Source: the human T2T-CHM13v2.0 reference genome, Homo sapiens. From it: 64,000 nt of DNA. Below, piece after piece: positions 42,854 to 57,046 of the stretch. The DNA lies in assembly GCF_009914755.1 (NCBI RefSeq), contig NC_060928.1; one strand, written 5' to 3'. The notes below the pieces were generated by a model. That model was not told the DNA's origin. It made no database searches and worked only from the letters and a program-made list of their open reading frames with translations. The position numbers and the translations under genes are program-made. Every line of letters begins with the position of its first letter. The first letter of the stretch is position 1.

Positions 42854-43858
42854 CTGCGACAAGAAGAAGATCAAGAAGAAAACGAATGAGATCTTTCTTT
42901 TTTGGCTGAATTTAAAGGAATTACATGGATACCTTTGAGGAACGGAAATGGAAATGAGATCAGCTCCAGCCCTTAAGACATCATCTGGGCCGTATTTCTA
43001 TATCAGTGTCTCAACTCTGCCTTGGAGAAAAGTGGATCAATTTCAATGCCTGACCCACTTAGGCCATTTCTGACAAGACCACAAATATTACAGTCATGGC
43101 TTCAGCTTTAATGCTACTTATGCTGTGGATCGCTGAACTCAGACAGATGCCCAGCTACTCATTTTACAGGCCAGTGAACATGGCATAGGCAGCTCTAACT
43201 TCAGCACTCTAGGAACTGGGACAGAGCTCCAGATATCACTACTAATCACCGCATCACCCAAACCAATGTTAGAGTCTGAATTTTTAACGGAAAATTCAGC
43301 TACTGCTTCTAGTTGAATGCCAACACATTTTAAACATTTTCTAGAAGACTAAAGTTACCAATATGCTATATAATATAAAAATTAAATATAAAGAATAATA
43401 CATTTATTTTCTTTGCTATCTGCATTACACATATGCAAACATATGTATGCAAGTTCAATAATTCAAGGGCAGGCGAGAACCAATAACAATGCAACAGAAG
43501 GGCTAATAGTCACTGAATTAGTCTGTGAAGTCCATGCAGGAGATTTAACAACGTCCTCAGGATTCCCTCCTTCGAGCTGCATTAGTGTGCTTCTCAGTAG
43601 CAATAAAGCACTGGTAATTTTGCAGAGTATACAATTTTAAAGGTTGTGATCAGTCACTCTGCTAAGAAAACTTTGCAATTATATGTCCAATAAACAATCA
43701 GATGTGTGTATTATAAATGGAAAGATTTCACCTATCCTTTTCTATTCTATCCTATTCATAAGCTGACTAATGTGTTTGTGATGTTTACGTGTAAAGGCAG
43801 GTGGGTACTCATAGCTTACAGGTGTATTTCTCAACAGTGTTGGAAAGTACAAACTCCA

Positions 43859-44230
<372 letters not shown>

Positions 44231-44429
44231 TTACTGAACTTCCTCAAGATTTACGAGATAAGCAGAGGTTGATGTCTTTATTTTACAATAATGAAAGTGG
44301 TAAGAATCTAAATTATTCCCTCTTAGTTAATACTCATAAGTAATGTCAACACTTGAAATTCCTTCTTCTCTTCCAATTCTAGAGCTTTCTCTATAACATT
44401 ATTCTGCATCGCAGCCCAAGATGTTAATC

Positions 44430-44710
44430 CAATGGTCTTTTGATTGTGTATGACAGAAATTTAACGCTGAAAAACTTGGGGGAAAATATACTGGTTTATT
44501 GACTCACAAAATTGCATAGTCCAGGAGTATATATGGCTTCTGGCACAATCAGATCCAGGTGCTTAAAGAATTCCATTGAGTTTTTTCTGTCACTCCATTT
44601 TGGGAACTATTGATCTTTTAGCATTATATTTAAGTAGCTCCACATTTGGTGAAAAAGTTGACCCTCAATATGTCCTTCAGGTTCTTGATACCAAAGGAAA
44701 AGGCTACCTC
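44430..44710 (-). mobile_element. old ERVL LTR33-like fragment (may continue after MSTB)
   Basis: tgacagaaa...tttattgactcac...agtccagg...gatccagg pattern. Confidence 0.5.
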
Positions 44711-45120
44711 TGATACACTTTGTATGTGTGTTCCCTCCAAATCTCACATAGAAATGTGACCCCAATGTTAGAGGTGGGGCTGGTGGGAGGTGTTTGGGTT
44801 ATGGGAGTGGATCCTTCATAAATGGCTTGTTGTCATCCCCTTGGTGATGAGTGAGTTTTCACACTATTTGTTCACACAAGAGCTGGTTGTTTAAAAGAGG
44901 CTTGCACCTGTCCCTCCCACTCCCTGTCTTGCCATGTGACACACTGCTCCCCCTTTGCCTTCCGCCATGATTGGAAGCTCCCTGTGGCCTCACAAGAAGT
45001 AGATGGCAGCACTACACTTCCTGTACAGCGTGCAGAACCATGAGCCAAGTAAACCTCTTTTCATTATAAATTACCCAGTCTCAGATATCCCTTTATAGCA
45101 ATACAAAACAAACTAATGCA
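44711..45120 (+). mobile_element. MSTB-family MaLR solo LTR
   Basis: tgata...ccctccaaatctca...ataaattacccagtctcag...actaatgca; TSD acctc/gcctc. Confidence 0.88.
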
Positions 45121-45484
45121 GCCTCTGATACCCCAAATCTACATATCTCATCTTTGAGAACTATCAGCTGCATTTGAACCATATGCTCTTTTCTGACGTA
45201 AACACAGTGGTGAGAAAGTCGGGGCTCTGTTTCACACCTGAGCTATATGTCAACTCCCCAGAGTATGGGAAGAGATGGTATGCAGCATCACTTTACTTAA
45301 GCCATATGAGGTACATTTCCCTTGAAAAAAAATGTTCTGCTATTGTAAGAAGTGGAGACATTATACCCACCAGCACCGCTCACACACAGTCGTGCTCCAC
45401 AGTCTCTTTGAATCCAACATTTTACTGCTGCTTCCTCCTTTCTTTTTAACACTTAACATTTTTACTTTGAAAATGTGTGCTTTA

Positions 45485-45580
45485 CCCCAAACCTCAGTGT
45501 CATGCAACACACCATGGAACAAACCTGCACGTGTAACTCCTGAATCTAAAATGAAAGTTGAAATTGAAAAATAAAAAGTA
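45485..45580 (+). mobile_element. L1PB3/4-like 3' terminal fragment
   Basis: caaacctgcacgtgtaactcctgaatctaaaatgaaagttgaa + A tail. Confidence 0.75.
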
Positions 45581-45619
45581 TGCTAAAGTCAATATGTAGA
45601 TATTTCCCAGTCATTTCCT

Positions 45620-45885
45620 GAAGTAATAATAGCTAGCACTTATTGAGTATTTACAGTGCTCCAGTCACTGCCCTGATACTTTCTTTACAATGATTGACCA
45701 TTTTAATATGAAAATAATTTAATGTGGCAGGTATGTGTTTCATACTCATTTTACAATTTGAAACTCTCTATTTTAGAGATTAAGAAAGTATCCCAGGGCC
45801 AGTCTGCCAGCGAATAGCAGAGCGAGGATTCTGACTCTGGCAGTCTGACTCCAGAATTCACACTCTTCACACCACACAACACATG
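45620..45885 (-). mobile_element. MIR
   Basis: aatagctagcacttattgagtatttac...ggcagtctgactccaga. Confidence 0.75.
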
Positions 45886-47650
45886 CAGTGGTAGACCCTG
45901 GGGAAGGTCTTAAACATGGTGGGCGATTACGCACTCTCTCTTGCTGTGTGTGTGTGTTTTAGTCATGGTAGTAAATGAGGAGTGTGAAGCCACCAGGTTC
46001 CGCTGCAGCCCCTTTGCTGCTGGGCTTGAAGTAACTCTGAATGAAGACGGTATCAGAGATGTCAACATTTTAAAGTGCTCAAGTTTTTTATAAATTCCCG
46101 GTGGCAGCAGGGAAATAGGTGAGCAGGTTTTAGGAGACGTTAGCCCCATTCCAAGGAATGCACACCTTAAAATATAGAAAAGTCCAAACCTAAATAGGTC
46201 AGCTTGCTAACAATAGTGGTTTTCTTTTTTACTGTGAAATATTTTGAGGATTGTTTGCTTTGTATACAAGTCAAAAAATGTCATGTAAAAAATATTTCCG
46301 AAAATTTTGCTGCTAATCATGATGAATTTGTAATCCAGAAACTAAAAGGAGAGCAAATGGCATTTATCATAAATAAAACATATGCAGGGCGAATTAGAAA
46401 TAATTATGGAGGAGAAATTCTACATTAGGGACTTCAATTTATTGACATAAAAATTTAAGATAGAAAATTAAATAGACATCGTATAATTATAATGCTAAAC
46501 CATGACCAAAACAGCTTAATATTTTTAACATGAATACTTGTTGAATCTGATCAGCTCATTTTCATCTTATTCAAAATCCTGGAATTGCTTTTGTTAACAA
46601 TAGTTTATAAAGATGTATTTGTATGCACTACTTCTCATTAAATATCTGTCAAAAAGGAAGAATGCGAAAATCTGGGAGATGGGGGAACAGATCGGCCCCA
46701 CCTTGTGCTACTAATTTGGCCACAAGCATTGTGCTGTGATTTGGTATGCCAGACAATCAACAATTTTCTGAGCATCTATTCTTTTGTCATTAGAAAAATT
46801 CCAGTTATTATACTTGGCAATCTTTTGTTTGCCCGCTTCCAACCCCTGGTACAAATATAACTTGAATTTCTAGTGTCCCCTTGGTAGATTAAGAATGAGA
46901 CACATTATCTTGTTCCAGTGGTGGCACTAGGCCCACTCTTCCCTGCATGGACAAAATCCACAAAAGTCACAGTAATTTTATAATGTTTTTCTTGGGATGC
47001 GCATAAAATACAGGTAGCATGGTCATTTTACCTTGAAATGCATTCTGAATGTGTTTATTGAATATTTTCTGGTTTTCTTATTCTTGTCATCATTTTTAAA
47101 CATCTTACTAATTCCAAAGTTCTTTTTTCTTTCTTTTTTAATTATCAAAGTATTTTAGGGTACTCCTGCCCACTTTGGCAGGACCTGGGGAAACAGCCTC
47201 CTAAGCAGTGTTTCTGTTTCTGGCACACATCCTGGAAGTCATTTTATTGGTTCTTTTTTTAATTGCGCTAAGCTTGCCCCAGTACTTGCATTATCAGCAA
47301 GTGTTTATAAGCATATACTACGTACAAAGAACCACACAGCGCTAAGTCTTGGCCGAGTTCCTGGTATTAACATGTATTTTCCAGGTACATGTAATACTGT
47401 CCTCTGGCTGAGGGTCTACCAGTTTAAAGGTAAGAACTCTATCTCCCCAAGCCCCTTTCCTCTCTGAGGAGCCCTGAATTATTAAACGTGTTTTCTGCAG
47501 GACCATAACAGTTTTCCTCTTCCCATATTTATGTTGTTCTTCCTGGGACGTTCCCATAACCCGATGGGATTCCCTTCCAACAAGCTAATACAACCACTTC
47601 AGGTGGTAGTTGTTCCTGTTGTGGCTTGGTTACAACATCCTTTCACTTAC

Positions 47651-47856
47651 CATACACATTATCTCCATCCCTGAAATTGACACACAATAGCTACTAGTTT
47701 TATTCTAGCTTCTTCTACACACACACACATACACATTTGCATTGGTGAGAGGGCAGAAACAACCTCAGCCCATTGATACCCCACCAGTATTACCCAAACA
47801 AACCTGCATATCCTGATTTATTGTCTCCATAAAGATTTTCTCCTCTCTGAAAGTTA
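47651..47856 (-). ncRNA. candidate 206-nt minus-strand exon
   Basis: CTTAC branch + ctctttctctcTAG acceptor; donor ATG|GTAAGT. Confidence 0.35.
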
Positions 47857-48409
47857 CTAGAGAGAAAGAGGTAAGTAGCGCTTATCCACTGCCTCTGGAT
47901 GTGATAAAGAGTTTAATGCTAAGTATTGGTTGCCATCTCCGATATATTTCATCACTGTGGCTCACATAAGGTGTACCAGGATATCATGAAAATAGAGTGT
48001 CTAATAACCTATCCTAAACAAACTTCAATTGCACCTTCTAAAATTCCCTCCACATACAAATAATTAAATATACAGCCCCTTTTTTCAAAGAGTTTTGTGG
48101 TTAAGAGGGAGCAGGACAGGCAATTTTTCTCAAGGAATGACGTTTTCATAAGAACAAGTCCTATAATTCAATACTGAGCACAAAAGGATTGCAGGGACTA
48201 CTGAGTCAGTGGTTAAGTTTAAATATTCACTATGATGGCTACTCTGTCATTATAAAGGAAAATCTACCACTAACCAGAATGCCTGAAGAATATGAGGGCT
48301 TTGAGTTACATGTCTGTCTAAGAGCATAGGAGAAACAAATTTAAGTGGACATTGGTACATGGATGAAGGAATACAATATTACAGTTCAGTCACTTTAAAA
48401 ATTACTGTT

Positions 48410-48769
48410 TGATATGGCTTGGCTGTGTCCCCACCCAAATCTCATCTTGAACTGTAGCTTCCATAATTCCCACGTGTTGTGGGTGGGCCCCAGTGGGAGG
48501 CAATTGAATCATGGGAGCAGTTTCCCGCACACTCTTCTCCTGGTAGTGAATAAGTCTCATGAGATCTGATGGTTGTATAAGGGGAAATCCTTTGGCTTGG
48601 TTCTCATTCTCTTCTTGCCTGCCGCCATGTAAGATGGCTCTTGCCCTTCCACCATGATTGTGAGGCCTTCCCAGCCACGTGGAACCATGAGTCCATTAAA
48701 CTTCTTTCCTTTATAAATTACCCAGTCTTAGGTATGTCTTTATTAGCAGCATGAGAACAGACTAACACA
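48410..48769 (+). mobile_element. THE1B/C solo LTR
   Basis: tgatatgg...tgtgtccccacccaaatctcatcttgaa...agactaacaca; exact TSD ctgtt. Confidence 0.92.
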
Positions 48770-48989
48770 CTGTTTTTTAATGTTTTATTACATTGAACTT
48801 TCATTCATTGAATCTATGATTTTCTTCACTTTTATGCCCATAATATTGAGTTTATAAATTTTAATGATTTTTTTTACACCTGATATTTAGCCTGCCTAGG
48901 CATAGTGAACACACATCCTGGTTCGCCTGGGAAAGTCCTTGTTTACTAGATGAATCACATGCATTACGTTGCCACCCTGTTCAAAGATA

Positions 48990-49525
48990 TCTCAGCTTGG
49001 ATTCATTCCATCTTACCCTGAGGCAGAACCTGAGACAAGGGTTTGCTGGTGTGTAGTTTATTGTGGGAAATAAACCACAGGGGCAAGTGATGGTGAAATA
49101 GGAAGAGTGAAATGGACAAGGAGAAAAGGCAACGCGAGGATGACTGCTAAGCTGAGTAATTCTAGTTACCTGGGGCAACTAGAGTCCTTCCCTCTGGGAG
49201 AACTCCAAAGAGACCATATAAAATGTGTTTCATTATTGTCTGTCTGAGACATAGAAGAATGGCTTTGTTTAACCACTAGTTCCCCATTAGACAAGGATTT
49301 CCAGAAAGTGTTTTATTCCCCCTCCTCTGAGGTCTGTGCATGCATCAGAAGGTCTGAGAAGTCCTACAGGAGTCCATACAGTGGCATTAGCAAGCAACAG
49401 CTTCCTATTGCAGTTGAGACAAGGTGCTGTCAGGCTAACGTGTGCATGTGCTTGCTGCAGCAGACCTGGAGCAAAACTTTAGACCAAGTGTATGTGAGAC
49501 ACAGCATAGAAGATGTCTAAGCACA
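48990..49525 (-). mobile_element. LTR16-like ERVL 3' LTR
   Basis: gcagaacctgagacaagggtttg...gtagtttatt pattern; adjacent attcctctctt reads as a polypurine tract on the minus strand. Confidence 0.6.
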
Positions 49526-51340
49526 ATTCCTCTCTTGCGCCACTTAGATATGCTAATATCCTGGGTTAATTACAGTCTCCCATAAATAGCCCTGAACTCC
49601 ACAAATTATTCAAAATCAGAGGCTTGTAGTAAGATAGTCTCTGCCGCTGCAGTTGGTCTCAAAATCGTGACTGATATTCACTCCCTCCCTCCTCTAACGT
49701 GCCTTCTGATGCTGCTCCACACTCAGCAGTGGGTCTAGGTTACTTGCCTGATAGGTGACACTGACCATCATCCACAAAGTAGCAAAGCTCTTATTTGCTT
49801 TAACCTTTGCCGAGCCAAAGTGGCGTCAGTTGCCCATGTATGGTTATTAGTGGAAATAGTCCACTAAGTACCAAGAAATAGTCCAGTGAATCCCCTGATT
49901 TTTGACCTATTCTTGTGACTCTCCTTGCATAGTAGCATCACTTGGTTTTCAGGGTAATCAGAGTTTAATTAATGCCTCCAATATGGTAACTCATTTCTTC
50001 TCCCACTGGCCCACTACAACAGGAAGACTGAGATGACAGGGTGGTGGTTCAGCTTCAGGATCAGTGACATTTATTCTGTCCCCTGATTCAAGGTGCATGC
50101 TCTGGAAACCAGACCCCTTATTCCAGCAGCACCTACGTTTGCTGGAAGAAAACACACATTCCACAAGTGGGTCATTGCAATGATGGTGAATGGGGCCAAA
50201 CCTTCATGCATGGCTTGCTTTCCAGACCCGAGTATTTCCATAGGGACACTGCTTCAGATAATGGGTGTTGATTCGCTGCATGTACCTCATTTCTAAGGCA
50301 GCACCCCCGCCCCACAGGGTGTTGTCTGTGAGTGGTCACTGTAGATGAGTGTCCCATAGGCCAGGTGAGCGTTCTATTACACTGGCTGCTCAGGGTGGTG
50401 TGGTCAATGGAAAGACCAGCAGACCGTGGTCATGCCACACCTGCTTAATTATAAAGGAGGTTCCTTCTTTGAGGAGATTTAGGTAGGACTCCAGTTCAAA
50501 CAGCCTGTCTGTAAGCCCTCGGAGGGTGGTGCTGACCAGCAGGCAGTGAGGACAGTCAGTGCTGGAGGATGAGCTGTCACCCTCGGAGGGCTGGAGGACT
50601 CTGAGGGAGTCACCTGCAGGCTTAGTCTCCATCCCTCCTGCCGCAGCGTCTCTGTTGGCGTCCTTTCTACCAAACAGGACGGTTATGGAAAGCATCAGGC
50701 GCTCCTACACCATGCAGGCCACGCTCTCTCTCCCATCTCCCTGTAGGGTGGATGCTTTCTGATGGGCAATTTCACGACACTTAACAATGCCCTTTCTGAA
50801 CGGGATTTTTGTGGGGAAAAAAAAAAAGATGCCCATGATTTTTGTTCTGTCCTCTAAGTCCATTTGCACGCCTCTACCTTGGACCCCCTGACCCCAATCT
50901 TTCTGGATGGCTCCTTCCTGACCAACCCACTCGCCTCTAACCAGCTCTCCACCTGCTCACTCCAGCCTCTCCTGCTGCACCACGTCCGTGCCAGGTGCTC
51001 TGTGAGGCCCGGCTCCCCGGGATGGTTCCACTCACCACTGCCTTCCGCGCTGCTCTGGACAGAGCTGTAGCACGCAGCTGTCTATGCTTTGGATAACATG
51101 CCTCTGTTGGCCCCATGTATAAGCGAAGCTCAAGTGTCTTCCTTTCTGTTAACTGGTTGTAAGACCCACCTGCCAAGGCATAGATAGGTGCCTGGAGGAT
51201 CCCCTCAGTGAAATGAAATGAGACACTAGAAAAAATGATATGCTTGCCTGAAAAGGGAAATAACGGGGAAATTTGAGGATCACAGCCTCTGCTCTTTTGG
51301 GAAGAAAGAAATGCCCTCTGCTGAAATGTTCTCATGCCGT
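49526..51340 (-). mobile_element. highly decayed ERVL-class internal (pol/integrase-region) sequence
   Basis: contiguous with LTR and PPT; raised GC; no intact ORF; family assignment by resemblance only. Confidence 0.45.
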
Positions 51341-51389
51341 CTTACTGTAAGTATTTATTGTCAGTATTGTCACAGGCTGTGAGAAAGCA

Positions 51390-51790
51390 ATTAACATGCA
51401 GGATCCCTGAGTGGACCCGGATGAGGAGAAAAACGTGTAAAAGATAATTTGAGGTCAATTGGGTCAACTTACATGTGGACAATATTATTATAGCAATGTT
51501 AATTTCTGGAGTGTAGGACGTTAATGTGGTAATGATGGATATTGTGCAGGCTCTTCAGAGATACATGCTGATGTAAGGGTAAAGCATCTCTGTCTGCAAC
51601 TTTAACAAGGATCAGCAAAACAAAGTTTATACACCTGCACGTGTGTGTGTGTTTGTGTGTAGGGAGAGGAAGTGCAAAAATGTAAAAAATATTACCAACT
51701 GGTGAACCCTCATGAAGGTTTTATATTTATATACCTTTCAGATTATTATTCTTTCCATTTTTCTCTTGGTTTAAAATTTTTAAAAATAGC
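51390..51790 (+). mobile_element. L1MC4/5-like 3' end
   Basis: agagatacatgctga...tgtctgcaactt...ctggtgaa... pattern. Confidence 0.6.
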
Positions 51791-53129
51791 TAACTGAAAA
51801 ACAATGTAGAAAATATAAAAAACTTGGATAAAGAAATCAAAAGCATGGGGCTCATTAAATATTAAATTCCAAACAACAAAAAGAGAATTAATGAATTGTA
51901 AAATATATTTGAAGAAATTGTCCAAAATTCACCAGAGATAAGTAATATGAACAACAGATTATGAGGTATATCTCTTTCACTTATCATATTAATTGGTTTT
52001 ATATTGCTATGGTTTTGTTGTCATATCTTAACTGCATTCATATATATATCTATTTTGGAAGTAGAGGATAAATGAAATGTAATGTCTTTACATGTATAAG
52101 ATTTCCATCTACTTCCCCCTAATTACTACTGAATTGGGTATCAAGTAGAATTCTCAACAAATAAGGTCTAATTAATTAATTACATTTACGAAGGATAACA
52201 TTAAATAATTTCTTACGGCACAGTAATCCTGAGATATTTTGAATCAGTCACTGCCGCAGTTTGGAAAGAAAGTCTATACTGTAGTAATTGGTAACACTTT
52301 GGAGGCTGAAAAACACTGGCTTATAGTAATTATGATTTCTGAAAGCAGGCAAGGAGAAAGGAGGAAAACAGGATTTATCCTCATTGTGATTAAAATTATT
52401 TTAAGGAAAATGTTTTGAAAATTCGTACAATACCTTGCTAGTCTAAGTAAGAAATGTCAGTTGACAGATGTGATATATTCTACCCACGCCTCTGCCTTTA
52501 AGCAGCACATCCTACTTCATAGATTTCACGTACCAATAAGAGCTAAACGAAAAACGGTTTGGCCTTAACTGAATGAGCTAGTTACTTAAATAATCCTGGA
52601 ATATTCTGATTTCAATTCTCATTTAAAAATGAGTGTGCTGAAGCCTAAAAAAATAGGTGAAATATCTTCCAGTTTCCTCCCTTATGTGCTAATGTCTCTG
52701 GTTAAACGCTTTATTTAAGGATTAACTTTTTGTTTATTTTCATTGTTGTCAGTCTTCCCAGTTGCATAACAGAAAGGTTTGCACATGGCTCGTGGCTGTG
52801 ACACGTTCCAAAACGTCACTCAGACGATATCAAATGAGCATTGCACGTCTATTCCATCCAAAATGCTCTCATCATTGGTAAGATGCGGTATGAAGCTGTT
52901 AGTTTTGTTATTCTTCTCAAAAAATGTCAAAATCAGAGGAAAAACCCTCGAGAATGCATTACAGTTATTTTATGTGATGTTATTTTTGTTATTGCCTTAG
53001 CATTTTCCTGGATCTTCGCTGTAGCTTTCTGCTTTTCCCCAGCTGTGGGGCGCTGGACCAACAGGCTGCAAAGCCATGTCAAGTGTGGGCCTCGGCTTGG
53101 CGGCCCCATGTGCAGACTCTAGTCAGCAA

Positions 53130-53345
53130 GCACACGGGCTGTTTCACAAACATTAATTCTAAGTCCAAAACCAACAATGTGAAGTAAATATTAGTATCCC
53201 TAGTTCATAGAGAAAGAAACTGAAGTTCAGAAAGTTTAAATAGATTTCCCGAGCTCAGATCGCTGTAAGTAGCTACACCGAGGTTCACGTCCAGGACTGT
53301 GAATCCAAGCCTGGGAAGCAGCCAGCACGCTGTGGTCTCACTATC
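53130..53345 (-). mobile_element. MIR
   Basis: agaaactgaagttcagaaagtttaaatagatttccc. Confidence 0.65.
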
Positions 53346-53361
53346 CAAAATGTTCTGGATA

Positions 53362-53730
<369 letters not shown>

Positions 53731-54618
53731 TTAGAATCACATTTTAAACCTTATCAGGATAATTTCTATGATTCTGAAATTTCAGTGTCTAACACTAGAA
53801 AATAAATCATCTGAGGTATGCTTCTTAGAACAACAGGCAGAAGCCTCTGGAATATATTGTCTGTTGTTTGAACTTCATTTTCCATTAAAACAAAATGATG
53901 TGTGTGTGTTCATTGGTTTATGGATGTGGTTTCTTTATTTTTGTAACTCTTGAACATTGATCACAGTCATTTTTTTGGCCACTGTCATACCTCTCCTTTA
54001 GTCCTGCCCTCCAGTTGTACAAATTTATTTGTTTTAATTTGTGATTCAAGATGATATATTCAGAACCTACATATACTTCCCTTCCCATTGAACACTCTCA
54101 GGAAATGATGTACATGAACAATATTTTTTAAAATCAATAAAAGTTTAAAAGAGTAATTAAGGGTAGCATCGGGGAATCTGAAATGTTGTGAAATGTGTGG
54201 AGTATAGAATAAAATGGATTTGGATTAATAGAGAATCAAACAATATAACATATGCACGTGGATCCATACTGGTAGATTCTGCTTAAAGGAGACACAGAGG
54301 TGAAGAAATGAACCACTCTGGATTCTTATGCTCATGGCGTAAAGGGAGATACTGTCTATAAATTTCCCTGTCTATTCTAAACTGAAAATGGCATGCTAGA
54401 AGACAGACCAAGTAATTCCCGGCCACAATGCTTGAGTCAGAGATGGCCACATGCCCCAGGCAGAGCCTGTGATGAGGTCCTGATGCGATACCAGGAAAAT
54501 GTGGAGGACTCTTTCTCTCTGCAATCGAATTTGGGAGGATGGCGGATGGAGCTGCCAACCTGTCTTGCACCGCCATGGAGCATGAGAATAAAGCCAATAC
54601 CTGGAAGAAGGGGGAGCC

Positions 54619-54840
54619 ACACCCAGGCACGGAGAGTGATCAGATGGTTGTTGTTTGTTTGTTTGTTTGTTTGTTTTTGAAGTCTCATTCCTTACACCCA
54701 GGCATGGAGAGTAATCAGATGGTTTTTGTTTTTGTTTGTTTGCTTGTTTGTTTTTGAGGTCTCATTCTTTACACCCAGGCATGGCGAGTCATCAGATGGT
54801 TTTTCTTTGTTTATTTGGTTTTTTTGAGGTCTCATTCCTT
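54619..54840. repeat. ~75-bp tandem repeat, 3 copies, each with a (GTTT)n core
   Basis: acacccaggca at 54619, 54694, 54771. Confidence 0.92.
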
Positions 54841-54873
54841 AGCCAGTTAAATTCATTTTAAAAAAGAATTTTG

Positions 54874-55172
54874 GGCCAGGCGTGGTGGCTCACACTTGTA
54901 ATCCCAGCACTTTAGGAGGCTGAGGTGGGTGGATCACCTGAGTCAGGAGTTCAAGATCAGCCTGGTCAACATGGTGAAACCCTGTCTCTACTAAAAATAC
55001 AAAAATTAGCAGGGTATGGTGGTGCACACCTGTAAACCCAGCTACTCGGGAGGCTGAGATGGGAGAATCACTTGAGCTCAGAAGGCGGAGGCTGTAGTGA
55101 GCCTAGATGGCGCCACTGCACTCCAGCCTGGGCGACAAAGTGAGACTTCATCCCGAAAAAGAAACAAAAAAT
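54874..55172 (+). mobile_element. AluS (Sx/Sz-like)
   Basis: full dimer with A-rich tail. Confidence 0.94.
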
Positions 55173-55804
55173 TGTGTTTTCTTTGAGTTGCATTTAATGA
55201 TTTCTACCCTAAATCATCTTTCCCTACAACATCGTAAGCTTGTTGTTTTAATCATTTCTGTTCTACATGACACAGAAAATACTGAACAGACATTTGTTGT
55301 TAATAAACTAAACTATCTGATAATTTTTGCTTAAACTTAACAAGCTCCACACTATATGTATGCAATTTCTATTTCAAAGTAAATGAGAATAAAAGGTAGA
55401 GTATCAGGTATGACCAAATCAAATTTTGTTGTAATTACTGAATAAATATAGTTTAATAGCAAAGGATGACAAGAACACAGTTTAAAATCTATATTCAATA
55501 TATCATGGTTAATTTTTAAAATCCATTTATAACTAAGATAGAAAAGCTTGCATTGCATTGGAATTATCAATTAACTGTGGAGTTTGGATATGATTTGTTT
55601 CTGTGCAACATTGGAGGGGTGTGTGTGTGCACGTCTGTGTCATTCTTTGTTCACATAAAAAATATCCACAGTATCATCATGGAAAAATGTCAAAGTTATT
55701 GATCTGAGAATTCTCAACATTTTATTACACTCACCCACTCTCTCTCTCTCTCTGTGTGTGTCTATTTTACAAGAAATAACAAGACTATTTTCATGTTTAT
55801 GTCT

Positions 55805-56101
55805 ATGCAGCCTAATATCATCATCAGTGGCCACATGTTGCTCAGGACTTGAAATGTGGCTAGGTCAAATTAAGGTGTGTTGTAAATGTAAACTACACAC
55901 CAGATTTCAGAGTTAGTATTATAAAATGCAATATATCTTCATCATTCTCTCGCTTACCTGTTAACATAATATTTTGAATATATACAGTAAAATATATTAT
56001 TAAAATTAATTTTATTCATTTCTCTAACTTTTCCAGTATGGCTAGGATAAAAACTTAAATTACATGTGTTACTTGCATTACATTTATATTGAATAGTGCT
56101 G
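55805..56101. mobile_element. MER33-like hAT-Charlie DNA transposon
   Basis: gccacatg...acttgaaatgtggctag...cacaccagatttc...tattgaatagtgctg. Confidence 0.75.
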
Positions 56102-56484
56102 ATTGGGATAACATTTTAGGTTTGAGAATGACCACAGTGATTTCACCCCTAAAGAATTAAAGATCACAGGATTAAGTCATTTATCAAGGGAGCTAGTTAG
56201 CAGCATTACCACAGGTAATTTCTGGAATCCCTGATGTCCTGTCCAATCATCTTTGCAGCACGTCCTCATGCATGTGAAGCACCTGCTTTCACTGTAACTC
56301 TTTGAAATCAGTGATCTGTAAATTCATCATGCATTGCTCATTAGTGGAAGTATTCTTCAAATTACTTTTTGTTACACAATTATTAAATACCATTTTCTGC
56401 TCATTTTTACTACCGTTAGCAATAGGATGCATTTTTTAAGGAAAATATTTGTGTCAATATATTAATGTCATGTAAATATATATA

Positions 56485-57046
56485 TGTAGAAAGTAAAAAG
56501 TTCCCTCTTCAAAGTTTCCCTTCTTGTTAAAGAATAAATCATAAGTGTTTGAAATAATAGTTTCTTTTAAAAACTAACTTTCTTCAAGCTTCCTTGCTTT
56601 GTGCTAATAACTCTTTGTTAAGCCCTATCCTATGTAGCTGTTGGACATGCTCACAGGCATGTTCCAGCTCACAGCCTATGCCCCTTCCTTATGTGGAAAT
56701 GTTATTGCTTCTTTAAATCTTTCATAACCAACTTCCTTCTTTCCTTTGTTCCCCCTTGCCTTTGCCTATTTAAGGAAGTTTTAGATTGTTGGCAAATCGG
56801 GTATCACTTTACACTGTGAGGTTCGGCTCCAGCCAATGGATGCAGAACACAGCAGTAGGGAGGACCCAAATGCGTCCAGGATAACTATGCCTGCTTTTCC
56901 TATGTTTGCTGTGCTCTCACAGCAAGACTGCTGGTGACTGTACCCTTTCTGCAGAAAGTAAAAATTGCCTTGCTGAGAGAATTAAATTTATGTTCAAGTG
57001 CTATTTCTTTGTGGCACTGGGGAACAAGCATTTTGCATTCCTAACA
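56485..57046 (+). mobile_element. LTR10C-like solo LTR (HERV-I group)
   Basis: tgtagaaagtaaaaagtt start; gcattcctaaca end; tata on both flanks. Confidence 0.85.
56643..56664. promoter_or_regulatory. p53-family response element match
   Basis: GGACATGCTC-ac-AGGCATGTTC: two perfect RRRCWWGYYY half-sites. Confidence 0.6.
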
